From assembly GCA_045120465.1 (NCBI GenBank), contig JBGVEW010000022.1, positions 12,782 to 76,781 on the forward strand: a stretch of DNA of 64,000 nucleotides. The letters run 5' to 3'. Origin of the DNA: Eubacteriales bacterium (lineage in GTDB: Bacteria > Bacillota > Clostridia > Oscillospirales > CAG-272). The notes beneath the pieces are model-generated. The model saw only the letters and a program-made list of their open reading frames with translations, did no database searches and was not told the DNA's origin. This document shows positions 1 to 8,995 of this stretch, one piece after another. The position numbers were made by a program, and so were the translations under genes. Position 1 is the stretch's first letter; each line of letters opens with the position of its first letter.

Positions 1-63
1 GAACGCCTTTTTTATGATATTCTCTACTTATAATTTTTATAGCAAAAGCAAAGGACGAAAAAA

Positions 64-1347
64 GTGAAAGATAAGTTTTTGTTAAAAACCGATGAGTCCG
101 TCCGCCTTTACGAAAGCGTTCGGGCGCTTCCCATCGTTGATTTCCACAATCACCTTTGTGTCGCAGACGTCAAGGCGAACAAGCGATACGACGATATCGT
201 TTCTCTGTGGCTGTCTCCCGACCCCTACAAGCACCGCCTGATGCGCATTTGCGGCGTTGACGAACACTACGTTACGGGGGATGCCGAGCCGTTTGAAAAA
301 TTCCGTAAATACTGTGAGATCTTTCCGTATCTCGCAGGGAATCCCGTGTACGATTGGTCGCGGATGGAGATGTCGGCGGTATTCGGGATCAACGACACGA
401 TCAACGGGCAAAACGCAAAAAGGATATACGATCGGGCAAACGAAATGCTCTCCTCCCCCGAATTTTCCAACAACGCGATCCTCTCGCGCTTCAACATCGA
501 ATACCAATCCCCCGTTGCAACGCTTTTGGAGGATCTTTCGGATTTCGACGGAAAAACCGTCGCGCCCTCCCTTCGGGCAGACGATCTTCTTGATCCTACG
601 GAGCAGCTCAAGGCGGCGCTTTGCGAAAAGAGTGGGATCTCCGTCACGGACGACGACTCGTATATCAACGCCGTGTGCGTGATGCTCGACCGCTTTGCGA
701 AAAAGGGCTGCCGCTTTGCGGATCATTCCCTTGACGCGGGATTCTTCCGCGAGGATACCGACGGCAAAAAAGCAAGCATGCTCGTCCGTCTTGGAAACGA
801 ATATGCCAAGCGCGGCTGGACCTTGCTCTTGCACGTGAACGCCAAGCGGACAACAAGCCCTCGCCTGCGCTCGATCGCAGGGCCTGCGGGCGGATTTGCC
901 GCCGTGGGAGAGAGCTTTGAGCTTTCATCGATCGCAGATCTCCTTGGCAAAATGGAAGCACGCGGCGCTTTGCCCGACACCGTCCTCTTCCCGCTCAACA
1001 TGAGCGACCAGGCACCGCTTGCCGTTATGCAGGGCTCGTTTTCCGAGGACGGCGTTCCCTCCAAGGTACAGCTCGGCCCCGCCTGGTGGTGGTGTGACCA
1101 TGCCTTCGGAATCGAAAACACGCTCCGCTCCATCGCATCTTTTGGCGCGGTGTCACAGTTTATCGGCATGACGACCGACTCCAGAAGCATTCTTTCCTTT
1201 GTCCGCCACGATTATTTCCGCAGATTGCTCTGCACGTGGATCGACAGACAGAACAGAGAGAGCGAATGGGAGCTTCCCTTCGAAACCTTGGAGGAGATCG
1301 TTCGACGGATCAGTTATCAAAACGCAAAAAATAAAATCGAAAAATAA
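64..1347 (+). CDS. uxaC: glucuronate isomerase
   Basis: 427-codon ORF with GTG start. The N-terminal PIVDFHNHL motif and the size are typical of UxaC. It is followed by SDR and UxuA-like genes. Confidence 0.85.
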   Translation: MKDKFLLKTDESVRLYESVRALPIVDFHNHLCVADVKANKRYDDIVSLWLSPDPYKHRLMRICGVDEHYVTGDAEPFEKFRKYCEIFPYLAGNPVYDWSRMEMSAVFGINDTINGQNAKRIYDRANEMLSSPEFSNNAILSRFNIEYQSPVATLLEDLSDFDGKTVAPSLRADDLLDPTEQLKAALCEKSGISVTDDDSYINAVCVMLDRFAKKGCRFADHSLDAGFFREDTDGKKASMLVRLGNEYAKRGWTLLLHVNAKRTTSPRLRSIAGPAGGFAAVGESFELSSIADLLGKMEARGALPDTVLFPLNMSDQAPLAVMQGSFSEDGVPSKVQLGPAWWWCDHAFGIENTLRSIASFGAVSQFIGMTTDSRSILSFVRHDYFRRLLCTWIDRQNRESEWELPFETLEEIVRRISYQNAKNKIEK

Positions 1348-1360
1348 AGGAGTGGACATT

Positions 1361-2209
1361 ATGGATTCATATTACCAGGGAAAGGTTGCCGTTGTAACGG
1401 GTGCGGCAGGCATTATCTGCTCGGAGGTAGCAAAGGATCTTGCCTCCTTGGGCATCTTCGTGGTTCTGGCAGACAGAGCGATCGAGAACGCGCAAAGGGT
1501 AGCCGATCAGATCAAGGAAGCAGGCGGTCAGTGCGCAACCTATGCGTGCGACGTCACCGACAAGGCGGCGGTCGACGCCTTTGCCGACGAGGTGATCAAG
1601 CAGTACGGCAGATGTGATTATCTGATCAACGGTGCGGGCGGAAACAACGCAAAGGCACAGCCGAAGATCGTCAAATTTGACCCCAGAGAATTGGACGAGG
1701 ACCGTCCCGAGTCGTTGGTGGGTCTTTACAACGTAGACATGCAGGCATTTGAGGGCGTCATTCGCTTGAATACCATGGGAACGGTCTATCCGCTGATGGC
1801 GTTCGCCAAATACATGGCACTGCAAGGCAGCGGCAGCATCGTCAACTTTGCTTCGATGAACACCTACTGCCCCTTGACAAGAAACTTTGCCTACGCCATG
1901 AGTAAGGCGGCGGTTGCCAATTTCACGCAAGCCTTTGCCGCGTACTTCGCTCACACGGGCGTGCGCATCAATGCGGTCGCTCCCGGATTCATCATCAACG
2001 ACAGAAGCAAGCTCATCCTCGGCACACCCGAGGAGGGACTGACCAAGAGAGGTCAGGACGTCATTGATCACACCCCCATGCAAAAGTTCGGAAAGGCAAG
2101 CGATATGTGCGGTACGATCCGCTGGCTGATCGACGACAGAGCCGCAGGCTTTGTAACCGGCATTACCGTACCCGTGGACGGCGGATTTTTGACGCTGAGT
2201 GGGGTGTAA
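1361..2209 (+). CDS. SDR-family oxidoreductase (probable mannonate/fructuronate oxidoreductase)
   Basis: ATG 1361 is preceded by AAGGAG. It has the VVTGAAGIICS Rossmann motif and the YAMSK Y-x-x-x-K motif. The track start 1199 overlaps uxaC and is rejected. Confidence 0.7.
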   Translation: MDSYYQGKVAVVTGAAGIICSEVAKDLASLGIFVVLADRAIENAQRVADQIKEAGGQCATYACDVTDKAAVDAFADEVIKQYGRCDYLINGAGGNNAKAQPKIVKFDPRELDEDRPESLVGLYNVDMQAFEGVIRLNTMGTVYPLMAFAKYMALQGSGSIVNFASMNTYCPLTRNFAYAMSKAAVANFTQAFAAYFAHTGVRINAVAPGFIINDRSKLILGTPEEGLTKRGQDVIDHTPMQKFGKASDMCGTIRWLIDDRAAGFVTGITVPVDGGFLTLSGV

Positions 2210-2212
2210 GAG

Positions 2213-3169
2213 ATGATCTTGACCGATTATTTCCGCTCAGCGCATGACGTAACGTGGGATTTTGCAATAGCCTCCGGCGTTCAGCACGGCGTTATCCGTC
2301 TGCCCGAGGACGGCAAATTTGACTACGCTGACCGCTCCCATTGGAATACCCTTGTAAAAAGATTCACCGATTTCGGCATCACGCCCGTTGCGCTTGAGCC
2401 CATGCCAAACGAGCTTCACGATCACATCAAGGCAGGCGACGACAAGCGCGATGAAAGCATCGAAAGGGTGATCTCCATGTTCCCGCACATGAGGGCACAC
2501 GGGATCGATACCATCTGCTTTAACTGGATGGCGCACATCGGCTGGCTGCGCACCTCGTCGGATTTCCCCGAGCGCGGCGGTGCCAGAGTGACCGAATTCA
2601 ACATGGCGGATTTCAAGCCCACAAGCGCAAGGATCACGGCGGACGAGCTTTGGGCAAACTACGAATATTTCGTAAAGGCGGTCGTTCCCGAGGCAGAAAA
2701 ATACGGGATCAAGCTGGGACTTCACCCGGATGACCCTCCCGTTCCCCGTCTTGGCGACGTGGAGCGCATCATGATCTCTAAGGAAAACATCAAGCGCGCG
2801 GTTTACGGGATCGTAAGCAGCGAAAGCCTTGGCATTACGATGTGTCAGGCAAATTACTTTATCATGGGCGAGGATCTGGAAAAGACCATCGCGGAATTTG
2901 CCGACCGCATCTTTATGGTGCATTTCCGCAACACCACGGGCGTTCCTGAGCATTTCCGTGAAACCTATCACGACAACGGGGATATTGACATGGCGGCCTT
3001 GATGAAGACCTACGTCAAAAACGGTGTCAACGTCCCCATTCGCGTCGATCACGTCCCCACCATGGCGGGCGAGATCTCCACGCTCCCCGGCTACGACGCG
3101 CTGGGAAGACTTTTTGCCATCGGTTACCTCAAGGGCATTCTTGATGCCTGCGGTGCCAACAACAGCTAA
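2213..3169 (+). CDS. uxuA: mannonate dehydratase family protein
   Basis: 318 codons. The TICFNWM and LHPDDPP motifs resemble UxuA. It sits in a uxaC-SDR context. Confidence 0.65.
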   Translation: MILTDYFRSAHDVTWDFAIASGVQHGVIRLPEDGKFDYADRSHWNTLVKRFTDFGITPVALEPMPNELHDHIKAGDDKRDESIERVISMFPHMRAHGIDTICFNWMAHIGWLRTSSDFPERGGARVTEFNMADFKPTSARITADELWANYEYFVKAVVPEAEKYGIKLGLHPDDPPVPRLGDVERIMISKENIKRAVYGIVSSESLGITMCQANYFIMGEDLEKTIAEFADRIFMVHFRNTTGVPEHFRETYHDNGDIDMAALMKTYVKNGVNVPIRVDHVPTMAGEISTLPGYDALGRLFAIGYLKGILDACGANNS

Positions 3170-3187
3170 TAAAGGAGGCATGGCTTT

Positions 3188-4681
3188 ATGATTCGAATTC
3201 AAGACCGTGTGATCAAGGAACAAAAGAATTTCTGGAGCGCGGCGCTCTTTCATCCCACCGATGCCGTAGAGGATCCGTGGGGCAGAAGAATCCTTGACCG
3301 TATCGCCGCAGACAAGGCGATCCAAACCGTTCGTGTTTACTCCATGTTTGAGGATATCGTTTATCTTGACGAGAACGGAAGGATTTGCTACGATTTTCGC
3401 CTGAGCGATCTTCGCCTTGACTACCTCACCTCCTGCGGCTTCAAGCTTCTCGTCGCCTACGCCGGCATGCCCGACTGCATCGCAAAAACAACGGCGAACA
3501 AGACCAGCGTCTCCAAAAACAAAACGCGCTACAAGGGCAAGATGTGGAACACCTCCGTGCCGCGCGACTATGCCGTTTGGGAGGAGCTTTGCTACGAATA
3601 TACCAAGCACAACATCGAGCGCTACGGCGAGGACGTTGTTGCAAAATGGCAGCTCCAATGCTTTAACGAATCCGACGTAGCCGCATTCTTTATGGGCGAT
3701 ACACCGGAGGATCTGTGGGAGGTGCGATGCGAGGAGTACTGCAAGCTGTACGAGGCATATGAGAAAGGCATCAGACGCGCCTCGGAAAAAATGACGATCG
3801 GCGGCCCCGCGCTCGCACACAGACAGGATTTTCTCGGCGCCTTTCTGGATTACGTCAAGGAAAATCATCTGCGTCTTGATTTTATTTCGCTTCACAATTA
3901 CGGCGCAACACCCGCGGAGCTGAACGACGGCTCGCGCAGGATCACCGTTGCCAACAACGTCAAGCGCCACAGAAAGTACGCGCAAAACATTGCCGCGCAC
4001 GGCTTTGAAGGCACCGAGATCGTCATCGACGAATGGGGCTTTGCAACGGGCGGCTTTTTGAACAGGGAGGAATGCCCTGCCCTGATGTTCCGCGAGACCG
4101 AGAAATTCGCCTCCTATTACGTCAAGCTGATCTCCGAGTTTATACAGAACGATTTTCACCTCTCGACCCTTATGATCTGCCTCTCGGGTCAGCACGAAAT
4201 GGTAGAGGATTTTTCGGGCTTCCGCAATTTCTTCACGCTCAACTTCATTGCAAAGCCCATCTACAACGCGCACCTTTTGGCATCACGCCTTAAGGAGGGG
4301 CTTCTTGCGGCAGAGGTGAGCGACCAAAGCCTGTTTACCGTTCCTACCAAAAACGAAAACGGCGAATACGCAGTCCTGTTGACCTACGCCTCGGAATACT
4401 TCGAGGCGGATATCCCCGACAAAGTGGAAGCGCTGACCTTTGACGAGGATATTACGGGCAAGGAAGTAACGGTTTGGCGCATCGACAAGAGCACGGCAAA
4501 TCCTTATGGCACGTGGATGCGTATGGGATGCCCCGAGATCGAAGGTGACGTGCTAAAGCTGCTTCTTGACGAGGGCCAGATCAAGCCCGTTTCGGTAGAG
4601 ATCGCAACGAGCAATTCCGTAATGCTTCCGCTCTCCCCCAACGCAACCTGTCTCGTTGAGGTGCGGAACGCGACAAATTGA
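3188..4681 (+). CDS. glycoside hydrolase, clan GH-A (GH39-like)
   Basis: 497 codons with TIM-barrel-type motifs CFNESD and VIDEWG. The family was assigned by eye only. Confidence 0.45.
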   Translation: MIRIQDRVIKEQKNFWSAALFHPTDAVEDPWGRRILDRIAADKAIQTVRVYSMFEDIVYLDENGRICYDFRLSDLRLDYLTSCGFKLLVAYAGMPDCIAKTTANKTSVSKNKTRYKGKMWNTSVPRDYAVWEELCYEYTKHNIERYGEDVVAKWQLQCFNESDVAAFFMGDTPEDLWEVRCEEYCKLYEAYEKGIRRASEKMTIGGPALAHRQDFLGAFLDYVKENHLRLDFISLHNYGATPAELNDGSRRITVANNVKRHRKYAQNIAAHGFEGTEIVIDEWGFATGGFLNREECPALMFRETEKFASYYVKLISEFIQNDFHLSTLMICLSGQHEMVEDFSGFRNFFTLNFIAKPIYNAHLLASRLKEGLLAAEVSDQSLFTVPTKNENGEYAVLLTYASEYFEADIPDKVEALTFDEDITGKEVTVWRIDKSTANPYGTWMRMGCPEIEGDVLKLLLDEGQIKPVSVEIATSNSVMLPLSPNATCLVEVRNATN

Positions 4682-4702
4682 CCGATTGAAAGGAAAACGA
4701 AC

Positions 4703-5617
4703 ATGAACTTTAACGACAGAGAAAAAATCATTGCTCTGACCCCTCTTTGGAAGGGAGAGAGATTCGCCGACGGTCGCCCCAAGGTCGCGGACAAGCACCT
4801 TGACGCGCTTTACAAAATGACTCTGGAGGAGGTTTGGAAGCCCATTTTCATCCTCGGCTATGAGCACCAGTTCGTCGGCGGTGGTCTTGCTCCCCTGCAA
4901 ACGCTCCATGACGACGGCAGAAAGCTTGTCGGACGCGCAGTGACCTGTACCTACGCCCCCACGCGCCCCGATCTGCAAACGGTGCAGTTCAATCGCGGCG
5001 CGGAGGATGGACTTCGCGGAAACTACAACCAGTGGGTGGTCGATTCGCTGGTCGAGCGCGACGTTATCGTGTGCGACATGTACGACAAGATCTACAAGGG
5101 CACGTTCCTCGGCGGCAATCTTACCACCGCGATCTACAACCGCACGAAAACGGGCGGCGCCGTTGTCTGGGGCGGCATCCGTGACGTTGAGCAGATGAAA
5201 AAGGTGCCCGACGTGCAGGTCTATTACAGAGGCATCGACCCCACTCCCATCCGCGAATTCGTGATGAAGGACTGGAACGACATCACCAGCTTCGGCGGTG
5301 CCGTGTGCCTGCCCGGCGACGTCGTGTTCGGCGCGGGCGGCGGTGTGCTCTTTATCCCCTCTCACTTAGTCCAGGAGGTCGTTGAGGGCGCGGCAAAAAC
5401 CCACGTCAAGGACGATTTCGGCTTTGAGATGATCAATCAAGGCAAGTTTACAACGGCGCAGATCGACCGCGCGACGTGGACCGAGGATATGCTGGATATG
5501 CTGCTGGATTGGATCAAAACAGACCCCAGAGGCGAGGAATACCGTGACCTGGATTGGTCACAGGAATACGACCTAGCGCGCAACGGCGACCCCAACGACA
5601 CGCAAACGATGCTCTGA
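4703..5617 (+). CDS. RraA / HMG-CHA aldolase family protein
   Basis: 304 codons with GRAVT, DVIVCD, GGNLTTA and GGIRD motifs typical of the RraA-like fold. Confidence 0.6.
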   Translation: MNFNDREKIIALTPLWKGERFADGRPKVADKHLDALYKMTLEEVWKPIFILGYEHQFVGGGLAPLQTLHDDGRKLVGRAVTCTYAPTRPDLQTVQFNRGAEDGLRGNYNQWVVDSLVERDVIVCDMYDKIYKGTFLGGNLTTAIYNRTKTGGAVVWGGIRDVEQMKKVPDVQVYYRGIDPTPIREFVMKDWNDITSFGGAVCLPGDVVFGAGGGVLFIPSHLVQEVVEGAAKTHVKDDFGFEMINQGKFTTAQIDRATWTEDMLDMLLDWIKTDPRGEEYRDLDWSQEYDLARNGDPNDTQTML

Positions 5618-5728
5618 TAAAGCCAACGCACAGCAGAAGGGGCTAAGTTAATGACTCAGACGGTCATTATGGTTTATCACCACAATGATGAAAACGAACT
5701 GTACAAAGCGAAGTAAATATGGTATAAT

Positions 5729-5800
5729 AAAGGAGCCGGGAAGGTCGTAAGGGGATTGGTATTTAACAAATCCGTGACTCAGACTGTTCAAGGCTCCTTT
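5729..5800 (+). ncRNA. candidate bridge-RNA-like stem-loop in the IS110 5' end
   Basis: AAAGGAGCC (5729-5737) pairs with GGCTCCTTT (5792-5800). There is an inner GGATT/AATCC stem and a large internal loop. Confidence 0.25.
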
Positions 5801-5903
5801 AGTGTACCACATAATGTTGCCGTAGAAATACGAGCACGCAGGACAGCCAACAAGATAAGAAAGGAGCCCATCGGCTCGAAATAACAAACTTCGGAGGTTA
5901 AAG

Positions 5904-6050
5904 ATGGAAGTAGTATACGAGCGATGCTGTGGAATTGACGTTCATAAAAATATGCTCATGGTTTGTATTTTTACAAGCGTCAGAAAAAAAGAGATAAGAG
6001 AATTTGGAACCATGACAGAAGATATTCAATTTCAACACTATTTATGCTGA
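5904..6050 (+). pseudogene. IS110-family transposase, N-terminal 48-codon fragment
   Basis: A GGAGG SD is followed by MEVVYERCCGIDVHKNMLMVC, the characteristic GIDVHK N-terminus of IS110 transposases. A premature stop follows and the rest of the gene is absent. Confidence 0.65.
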
Positions 6051-6341
6051 GAAAATAAAAAAGCGAAACATTCAATCCCTTGAAAAGTTAGGATTTTCAG
6101 TCTCGCTTTCTTAATTTTTCTTTTACATATCTTACTCGGCAAGCTCGTTTTTATGGGCTTGCTTTTTTGTTATGCTTTTTCTGTGCACCTGTTATTGGTT
6201 TTCAGGACAGCCCCATCTTCGTTCCCTTCCACGGCAAATTTCATCATGCGCAACAGCGCATTTCATGTGGCGCCGCAACATTTCATGACGAAGTCATTTC
6301 ATGCGCGAACGCGCATTTCATTTTCTTTTTCGGAGGGATCT

Positions 6342-6698
6342 ATGTCAAACAATATTTTGGTCGATCTGTCTATGGAATTTTCCGTTGCCATCGTCAATTT
6401 ATGCGACAGCATCAAAGGCAAATCCATTCTTACCAATCAAATTCTCCGAAGCGGGACAAGCATCGGCGCAAACATCCACGAGGCAAACTATGCACAAACG
6501 CCTCCCGACTTTGTATCAAAGCTCCAAATCGCACTCAAGGAATGCTACGAAACCGAGTATTGGCTTACCCTCTTTTCAAGAACAGGAATGATTGATGAAA
6601 ATACGTATAAACAATTCAAAACCGATTGCGGGAAAATCCGTCGAATTTTGATTTCCTCCATCAATACCGCAAAGGAGCATCATCAGCGAAGGAAATAA
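6342..6698 (+). CDS. four-helix-bundle protein (23S rRNA IVS protein / Avd-like family)
   Basis: 118 codons after a GGAGGG SD. The SIGANIHEA and ECYETEYWL patterns are typical of this family. Confidence 0.7.
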   Translation: MSNNILVDLSMEFSVAIVNLCDSIKGKSILTNQILRSGTSIGANIHEANYAQTPPDFVSKLQIALKECYETEYWLTLFSRTGMIDENTYKQFKTDCGKIRRILISSINTAKEHHQRRK

Positions 6699-6702
6699 AA
6701 AG

Positions 6703-6745
6703 TTGGACACATCATTTGCGTGCAATTGCGCGATGATGTGTCCAA
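6703..6745. repeat. H palindrome copy 1 (bidirectional terminator-like)
   Basis: TTGGACACATCAT-17 nt-ATGATGTGTCCAA, with an A-run before and a T-run after. It is identical to copy 4 over all 43 nt. Confidence 0.85.
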
Positions 6746-6776
6746 TATTTTTTTATTTTTCAGGATGGTTTTCAAG

Positions 6777-6938
6777 GTGAAAAAGCTAAAAATGGCGCGA
6801 GGTATAACGCTCACTTTCGAAGAAGGCTGCAACAAATATTTAGAGAATTGTCGTCAAAGGAATTTAAGAGAAGGCACTATCGAGCATTACAGGCAGAGCT
6901 ATGTGCAAGTTTGCAAAGTTTTTTATGTGAACTCTTGA
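6777..6938 (+). pseudogene. tyrosine recombinase/integrase, N-terminal fragment
   Basis: VKKLKMARGITLTFEEGCNKYLENCRQRNLREGTI looks like the start of an integrase N-terminal domain. It stops after 53 codons and is a near-duplicate of 13951-14100. Confidence 0.55.
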
Positions 6939-7028
6939 TTTAATAGATCGCACATGCTACAATATTTATGTTTATGTATTGAGAACGCTTTTTGATTCTT
7001 ACAGTATTTGTGAATTCAGGAGGAGATT

Positions 7029-8438
7029 ATGAAAAAGATCGCTGTTGTACACGGGGAGTGGAGTTCGGATGTAATGCGTCGTGCGTTTGCTTTGCTTAGC
7101 GAATTGATACTGGACTATACCTTTGAATATCCGGTTGGTCTCGATTGTGATAAGGCGGAAAACCTTGACGTTCTTTTGGAAAATTATCATCCTATTTACA
7201 TAGGAACAAAGCAAAATAACAGTTATATAAGAAGGAATTCGGATTTTTGTCTGCAACATCCCGAAGAATATGGAATAAACGTTTCAAACGGAAAGATAAT
7301 CGTCGAAGGATTTGATGACAGAGGTGTACTTTACGGTTGTATTGATCTTTATAATAAGTATTTTATCACACAGGAATATCCGCATAATGACAAATATGTG
7401 TTGCCCATAGAAAAATGGAGATTTGCTGATTATCGCTATTCGTCATATCCTTCCGTAAAAGAGCGTGGGATATGGACGTGGGGACATGTTATATATGATT
7501 GGCGCGGTTTTATTGACAATATGGTCAAGCTTAAAATGAACACGTTAACTGTCTGGAATGATTACCCACCCGTAAATGCGCGCGAGATGGTTGATTACGC
7601 GCACTCTTGCGGAATAAAAGTCATTTGGGGATTCCCTTGGCTTTGGGATACAAACTGCAAAAAGATACCGTTTGACAGGCTGTGTGAGTATAGCGAGGGG
7701 ATATTCCGAGGATATGATGAAGAATATCGAGATTTGCCGATTGATGGTATTTATTTTCAAACCGCTACCGAATTTGGCGAAGAAACCGTTGGCGGTATCA
7801 CGGTTGCCGAGGCTGTGACCGCATTCGTAAATCACACAGCAGCCTATTTTTATGAGAAATACCCCAATCTTGAGATACAGTTTGGGCTTCATGCCGAATG
7901 TGTTAAAAACAAGCTTGAATACATTGAAAAAGTTGATAAACGTATCAAGATCGTTTGGGAGAATTGCGGTTCATTTCCTTTTGCGTATATGCCGGATAGA
8001 CTGGAGGATTTCACCGAAACCGTGGATTTTGTAAAGCGAATCACGACGCTTCGGGGAGAAAATGAGCGTTTTGGGGCTGTTACTAAGGGGCTTACTAAGC
8101 TTGATTGGTCGGCTTTTGAACATCTTGAAGGTGCGATATGGACAGGAGTAAGCTCTAAGTTGATGAAAGAAAATCGCATTATTCGCAAACGCAAGATATG
8201 GCGCTATTTGCAAGCATACTGGTTAACAAATTCCGACAAGGCACTCGAGATGGTTCGAATCATGGCAAATCATACCCGCGGGAATACCACTATCACCGCA
8301 CTTGTTGAAGACGGAATGTTTGAGGAAAATATTTATTTTCCTGTTGCCCTGTTTTCAGAAATGTTATGGAATGCCGATGGCGATATAAAAAGCATAATAA
8401 ACGAGGTCGCTTTGCGTTCATACGTAGAGTTTGCATGA
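7029..8438 (+). CDS. hypothetical glycoside-hydrolase-like TIM-barrel protein
   Basis: 469 codons after an AGGAGGAG SD. The GFDDRGVLYG N-domain motif and RGIWTWGH / MNTLTVW barrel-like motifs are present. The gene is visibly AT-richer than its neighbours. Confidence 0.55.
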   Translation: MKKIAVVHGEWSSDVMRRAFALLSELILDYTFEYPVGLDCDKAENLDVLLENYHPIYIGTKQNNSYIRRNSDFCLQHPEEYGINVSNGKIIVEGFDDRGVLYGCIDLYNKYFITQEYPHNDKYVLPIEKWRFADYRYSSYPSVKERGIWTWGHVIYDWRGFIDNMVKLKMNTLTVWNDYPPVNAREMVDYAHSCGIKVIWGFPWLWDTNCKKIPFDRLCEYSEGIFRGYDEEYRDLPIDGIYFQTATEFGEETVGGITVAEAVTAFVNHTAAYFYEKYPNLEIQFGLHAECVKNKLEYIEKVDKRIKIVWENCGSFPFAYMPDRLEDFTETVDFVKRITTLRGENERFGAVTKGLTKLDWSAFEHLEGAIWTGVSSKLMKENRIIRKRKIWRYLQAYWLTNSDKALEMVRIMANHTRGNTTITALVEDGMFEENIYFPVALFSEMLWNADGDIKSIINEVALRSYVEFA

Positions 8439-8469
8439 TGTGATAATTTTTAGAATACTTCACATAAAA

Positions 8470-8677
8470 CACAGAGATGATGGGTCTGATCGGAGTCGGG
8501 GTATGACCGTTGCTGTTGCAGTTGCTATCGAAGAGGCAAGCAAGTAATCCTTGATTTATAAGGCTTTTTGAGATTTACAAGACTTCATTGGGGCTTTGTA
8601 AAACTCAAATCGCACAAAATTGAACAATAAAAAGTTGGACACATCATTTTGGAGATTTCTCCATATGATGTGTCCAA
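8470..8677 (+). repeat. R module copy A (candidate structured non-coding repeat, internally deleted) ending in H2
   Basis: It aligns with copies B, C and D from CACAGAGATGATGGG to AATCCTTG and shares the tail with copy B. Confidence 0.7.
8635..8677. repeat. H palindrome copy 2
   Basis: TTGGACACATCAT-TTTGGAGATTTCTCCAT-ATGATGTGTCCAA, with a flanking A-run and T-run. It lies between convergent genes. Confidence 0.85.
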
Positions 8678-8694
8678 TATTTTTCGTTGCTTGA

Positions 8695-8847
8695 TCAGTT
8701 ATAAAACGTTAAAAATGAACCTTTGGCATTTCTGTCGAGTCGTCCCCACCTGGAATGGTTGGCAACAGGGGCGTCGGGAGGCGCTTTGCAGGCCGTAACA
8801 CACGTCACCAACGCCAACACAACCAACAGAATAAAAAGCTTTTTCAT
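8695..8847 (-). CDS. small putative lipoprotein (50 codons)
   Basis: MKKLFILLVVLALVTCVTAC is a signal peptide with a lipobox-like VTAC. The ORF starts 3 nt after the micro-ORF stop. No clear SD. Confidence 0.3.
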   Translation of the reverse strand: MKKLFILLVVLALVTCVTACKAPPDAPVANHSRWGRLDRNAKGSFLTFYN

Positions 8848-8850
8848 AGC

Positions 8851-8982
8851 TTATTTGATGAAGGGGGTGGGGAGAAGGCTATGCTCTTCTCCCTCAAATC
8901 CGTCACTCGACGTCAGGACGTCGTCTGCACAAAGTGCAATCAACTCGACCGTTGGAATCACATATTCTTTTGTCATTCTCAT
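8851..8982 (-). CDS. acidic micro-ORF P1 (43 codons)
   Basis: A GGAGG SD lies 7 nt before the ATG, 13 nt downstream of the phosphoesterase stop. It shares the Y-x-x-P-x-[IV]-E-L...D-x-L-T-S-S motif with P2 at 18622. Confidence 0.5.
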   Translation of the reverse strand: MRMTKEYVIPTVELIALCADDVLTSSDGFEGEEHSLLPTPFIK

Positions 8983-8995
8983 ATCGATTCCTCCT

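Larger units (their letters stand above)
5640..6050 (+). mobile_element. IS110-family element remnant (5' non-coding end plus truncated transposase)
   Basis: An AT-rich block begins just after the RraA-like stop. It contains a promoter-like TGTACA-17 nt-TATAAT (5700-5728), a long stem-loop and then a transposase start. Confidence 0.5.

Noticed and set aside
2237-4273. 678-codon ORF on the minus strand.
   Set aside because: It lies entirely antisense to the UxuA-like and GH39-like genes, which have recognisable motifs and SD sites. Its composition is R/A/G/V-rich, as expected for a shadow frame in GC-rich coding DNA.
6342-6698. A diversity-generating retroelement, because the four-helix-bundle protein resembles Avd.
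   Set aside because: There is no reverse transcriptase gene and no template/variable repeat pair nearby. This family is common as stand-alone genes.
8252-8261. GGTTCGAATC, a tRNA T-arm-like string.
   Set aside because: It lies inside the 7029-8438 coding frame with no acceptor or anticodon stems around it.
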